From NCBI GenBank assembly GCA_036785375.1, contig JAWMAR010000052.1:6200001-6264000 (forward strand): a stretch of 64,000 bases of DNA. The letters are read 5' to 3'. The notes under the pieces were generated by a model, which saw only the letters and a list, made by a program, of their open reading frames with translations, did not search any database and was not told the DNA's origin. Numbering within the stretch: position 1 is the first letter of the stretch; every line of letters starts with the position of its first letter. A program made the position numbers and the translations under genes. Of the stretch, positions 62,400 through 64,000 are shown piece after piece. This stretch comes from Leucoraja ocellata (lineage: Eukaryota).

Positions 62400-63146
62400 T
62401 CACTGCGCAGCCATACCTTGGGGGAGTTGTACCGGGCAGGAGCAGCTGAACCAAGATGATAAAGCAGAGTCCAAGCCTTCCTGCTGGAGTGCGTGAAGTT
62501 CAAGTCATCTACAGTCTCTTGCCAGTGCTGACGTCTTGCTGCATCCAGGGAATCTAGCAGTTTTGTGGCAGTATCTGGGTCGCCCGTACTGCTTCAAGAG
62601 GTCTTCGTATTCAGGGAGCAAGCAACGAGTTTTTGCGGAAACCTCTAGGGACGTACTTCTTTGCTGCAGCCTCCAGGATCGTGCAGAAGGATTTGTAATT
62701 CTTGGGGACAGGTTCAAGACTTATGATCTTTTCCTCAACTTCTTGTGTGAAACCTGTCCAACCTGCTTTCCTGAAGTTCCAGCGTGGGAGAGGCTTGGAT
62801 GAGATCACAGGGATTTGTACACCGATGTGGATCAGAGCAGGTCTATGTTGACTGGGAGGAAAGTGACAAAGGATTTTTCATGCGCATGGAGGGGGTGGCC
62901 AACATCGGTTTTCAATGTTGTAGTCTCTCCCCCATCTGCTTGAGTGGAATGTGCCTGGTTGCTTGGCATCATGGAGGAGGTAGCGATCATTGTTGGATGC
63001 CCACATATCCAGTAATTCCCCATTCACATTGTTGGTTGAGTAACCCCAGGATGAGTGATGACTGTTAAAGTTCTCTGCCTGTACTTCTGGGTGGGGAAAG
63101 TGGGTAGCATGGAGGTAGGCCACGGGACTCTAGGGGGTATACATTA
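62400..63146 (-). mobile_element. Vingi/Ingi-type LINE, inverted AP-endonuclease and linker segment
   Basis: NFNSHHSSWGY...GTFHSSRWGRDYN, PLPRWNFRKAGW, AAAKKYVPRGFRK, LNFTHSSRKAW. Confidence 0.78.
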
Positions 63147-63830
63147 TACTCAACAGCTGAGATTTGCTCAACAGCTTGGGCTAATAGCTGCCATATCAAA
63201 CGACTTGACACTATCCTTAACTCTGCAATGTGGGTCATTACAGGGAGGCTTAAGTCAACAATTATGCAGTGGCTCTCTGTCCTCTCTCATATCGCCCCTC
63301 CCAGCATACGCAGAACGGAGAGGATGTTGAAATATTGGTGCACCATCGAGGCTAACCCTGACCTTTCCATCCATGCTGACTTGAACAATCTGCCCAACAT
63401 GAGCCTGAAGTCCCACAAATCCTCTGGTCTTCCGCAAATCCTCAGTCTCCCTGGAAGACTTTGGCTCCAAGACTGAGTGGCGCGGAGCCTGGGAAGATGC
63501 CAACACCAACAACGGAGAGGTCATCATAGACCCCACAGTGAAACCACCGAGTTTTGACCTCCATCGCAAGCAATGGCTAACCTGAACAGAATCCGCACCC
63601 TCCATGCGAGAACAGCCCATCACCTGCATAAGTGAGGGATGACAAGACAGCCCTGCTTGCGACTGCGGACATCCAGACCAGACCATCCCACACATCGTGA
63701 ATGACTGCCCCTGAGGCTTTTCCCTAGAGGCATCAAAGCCATCCACCCAGTAACTGATGCTGTCCTGGCCTGGATGTCTACCCTTGATCTACAACTTTAG
63801 GCTGTGAACGCCATACGCAAGAAGACCATC
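63147..63830 (+). mobile_element. Vingi/Ingi-type LINE 3' segment with CCHC zinc finger
   Basis: YSTAEICSTAW...WLSVLSHIAPPSIRR...LNRIRT...CGHPDQTIPHIVNDCP; ends gccatacgcaagaaga. Confidence 0.8.
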
Positions 63831-64000
63831 AAGCAGAAATCAAGGAAGAAGAAGTACTCAACAATGAACGGCACTTGCGCAAGAAGGGTGAAGTTCACAC
63901 GTTGACACTGCAATATTTTATTTGCTGATGAGAAATGCAATCGCTCACATTTAGATTAGCTACAATTTTCTGGTGACCAATGACCGAGAACAACACGAGA

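Noticed and set aside
53428-64000. Search for next upstream FBXW4 exon (VWPL...DRVWS) and for FGF8
   Set aside because: No matching exon found by eye; presumed beyond the window.

Overview
Eukaryotic (vertebrate) genomic DNA; the repeat content (HE1-like V-SINEs with CR1/HER1-like partner LINEs, DeuSINE relics, Rex1/Babar, Penelope) points to a cartilaginous fish, probably a skate or ray (inference). Reconstructed by hand from GT-AG exons with consistent phases: the last two coding exons of an O-GlcNAcase (OGA/MGEA5-family) gene (+, stop at 1627); complete POLL (-, 7 coding exons, 582 aa); complete DPCD (+, 6 exons, 203 aa) sharing a CpG-island bidirectional promoter with POLL; and the last four coding exons of FBXW4 (-), including a 27.5 kb intron. 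This is the POLL-DPCD-FBXW4 block that in other vertebrates holds FGF8 long-range enhancers, and several repeat-free motif-dense islands are enhancer candidates. Most notable observations: (1) a numerous, short Penelope-derived element carrying a minimal hammerhead-ribozyme-like core, inserted singly or as inverted hairpin pairs with about 13-bp target-site duplications; (2) an OGA-family gene on the side of POLL where human has BTRC (paralog or rearrangement); (3) an inverted/deleted Vingi retrotransposon, an RTE with a 17-bp TSD, a possible recursive splice site in DPCD, an RFX X-box at the DPCD start and a consensus CTCF site. Most ORFs in the supplied track are exon read-through, transposon fragments or noise.
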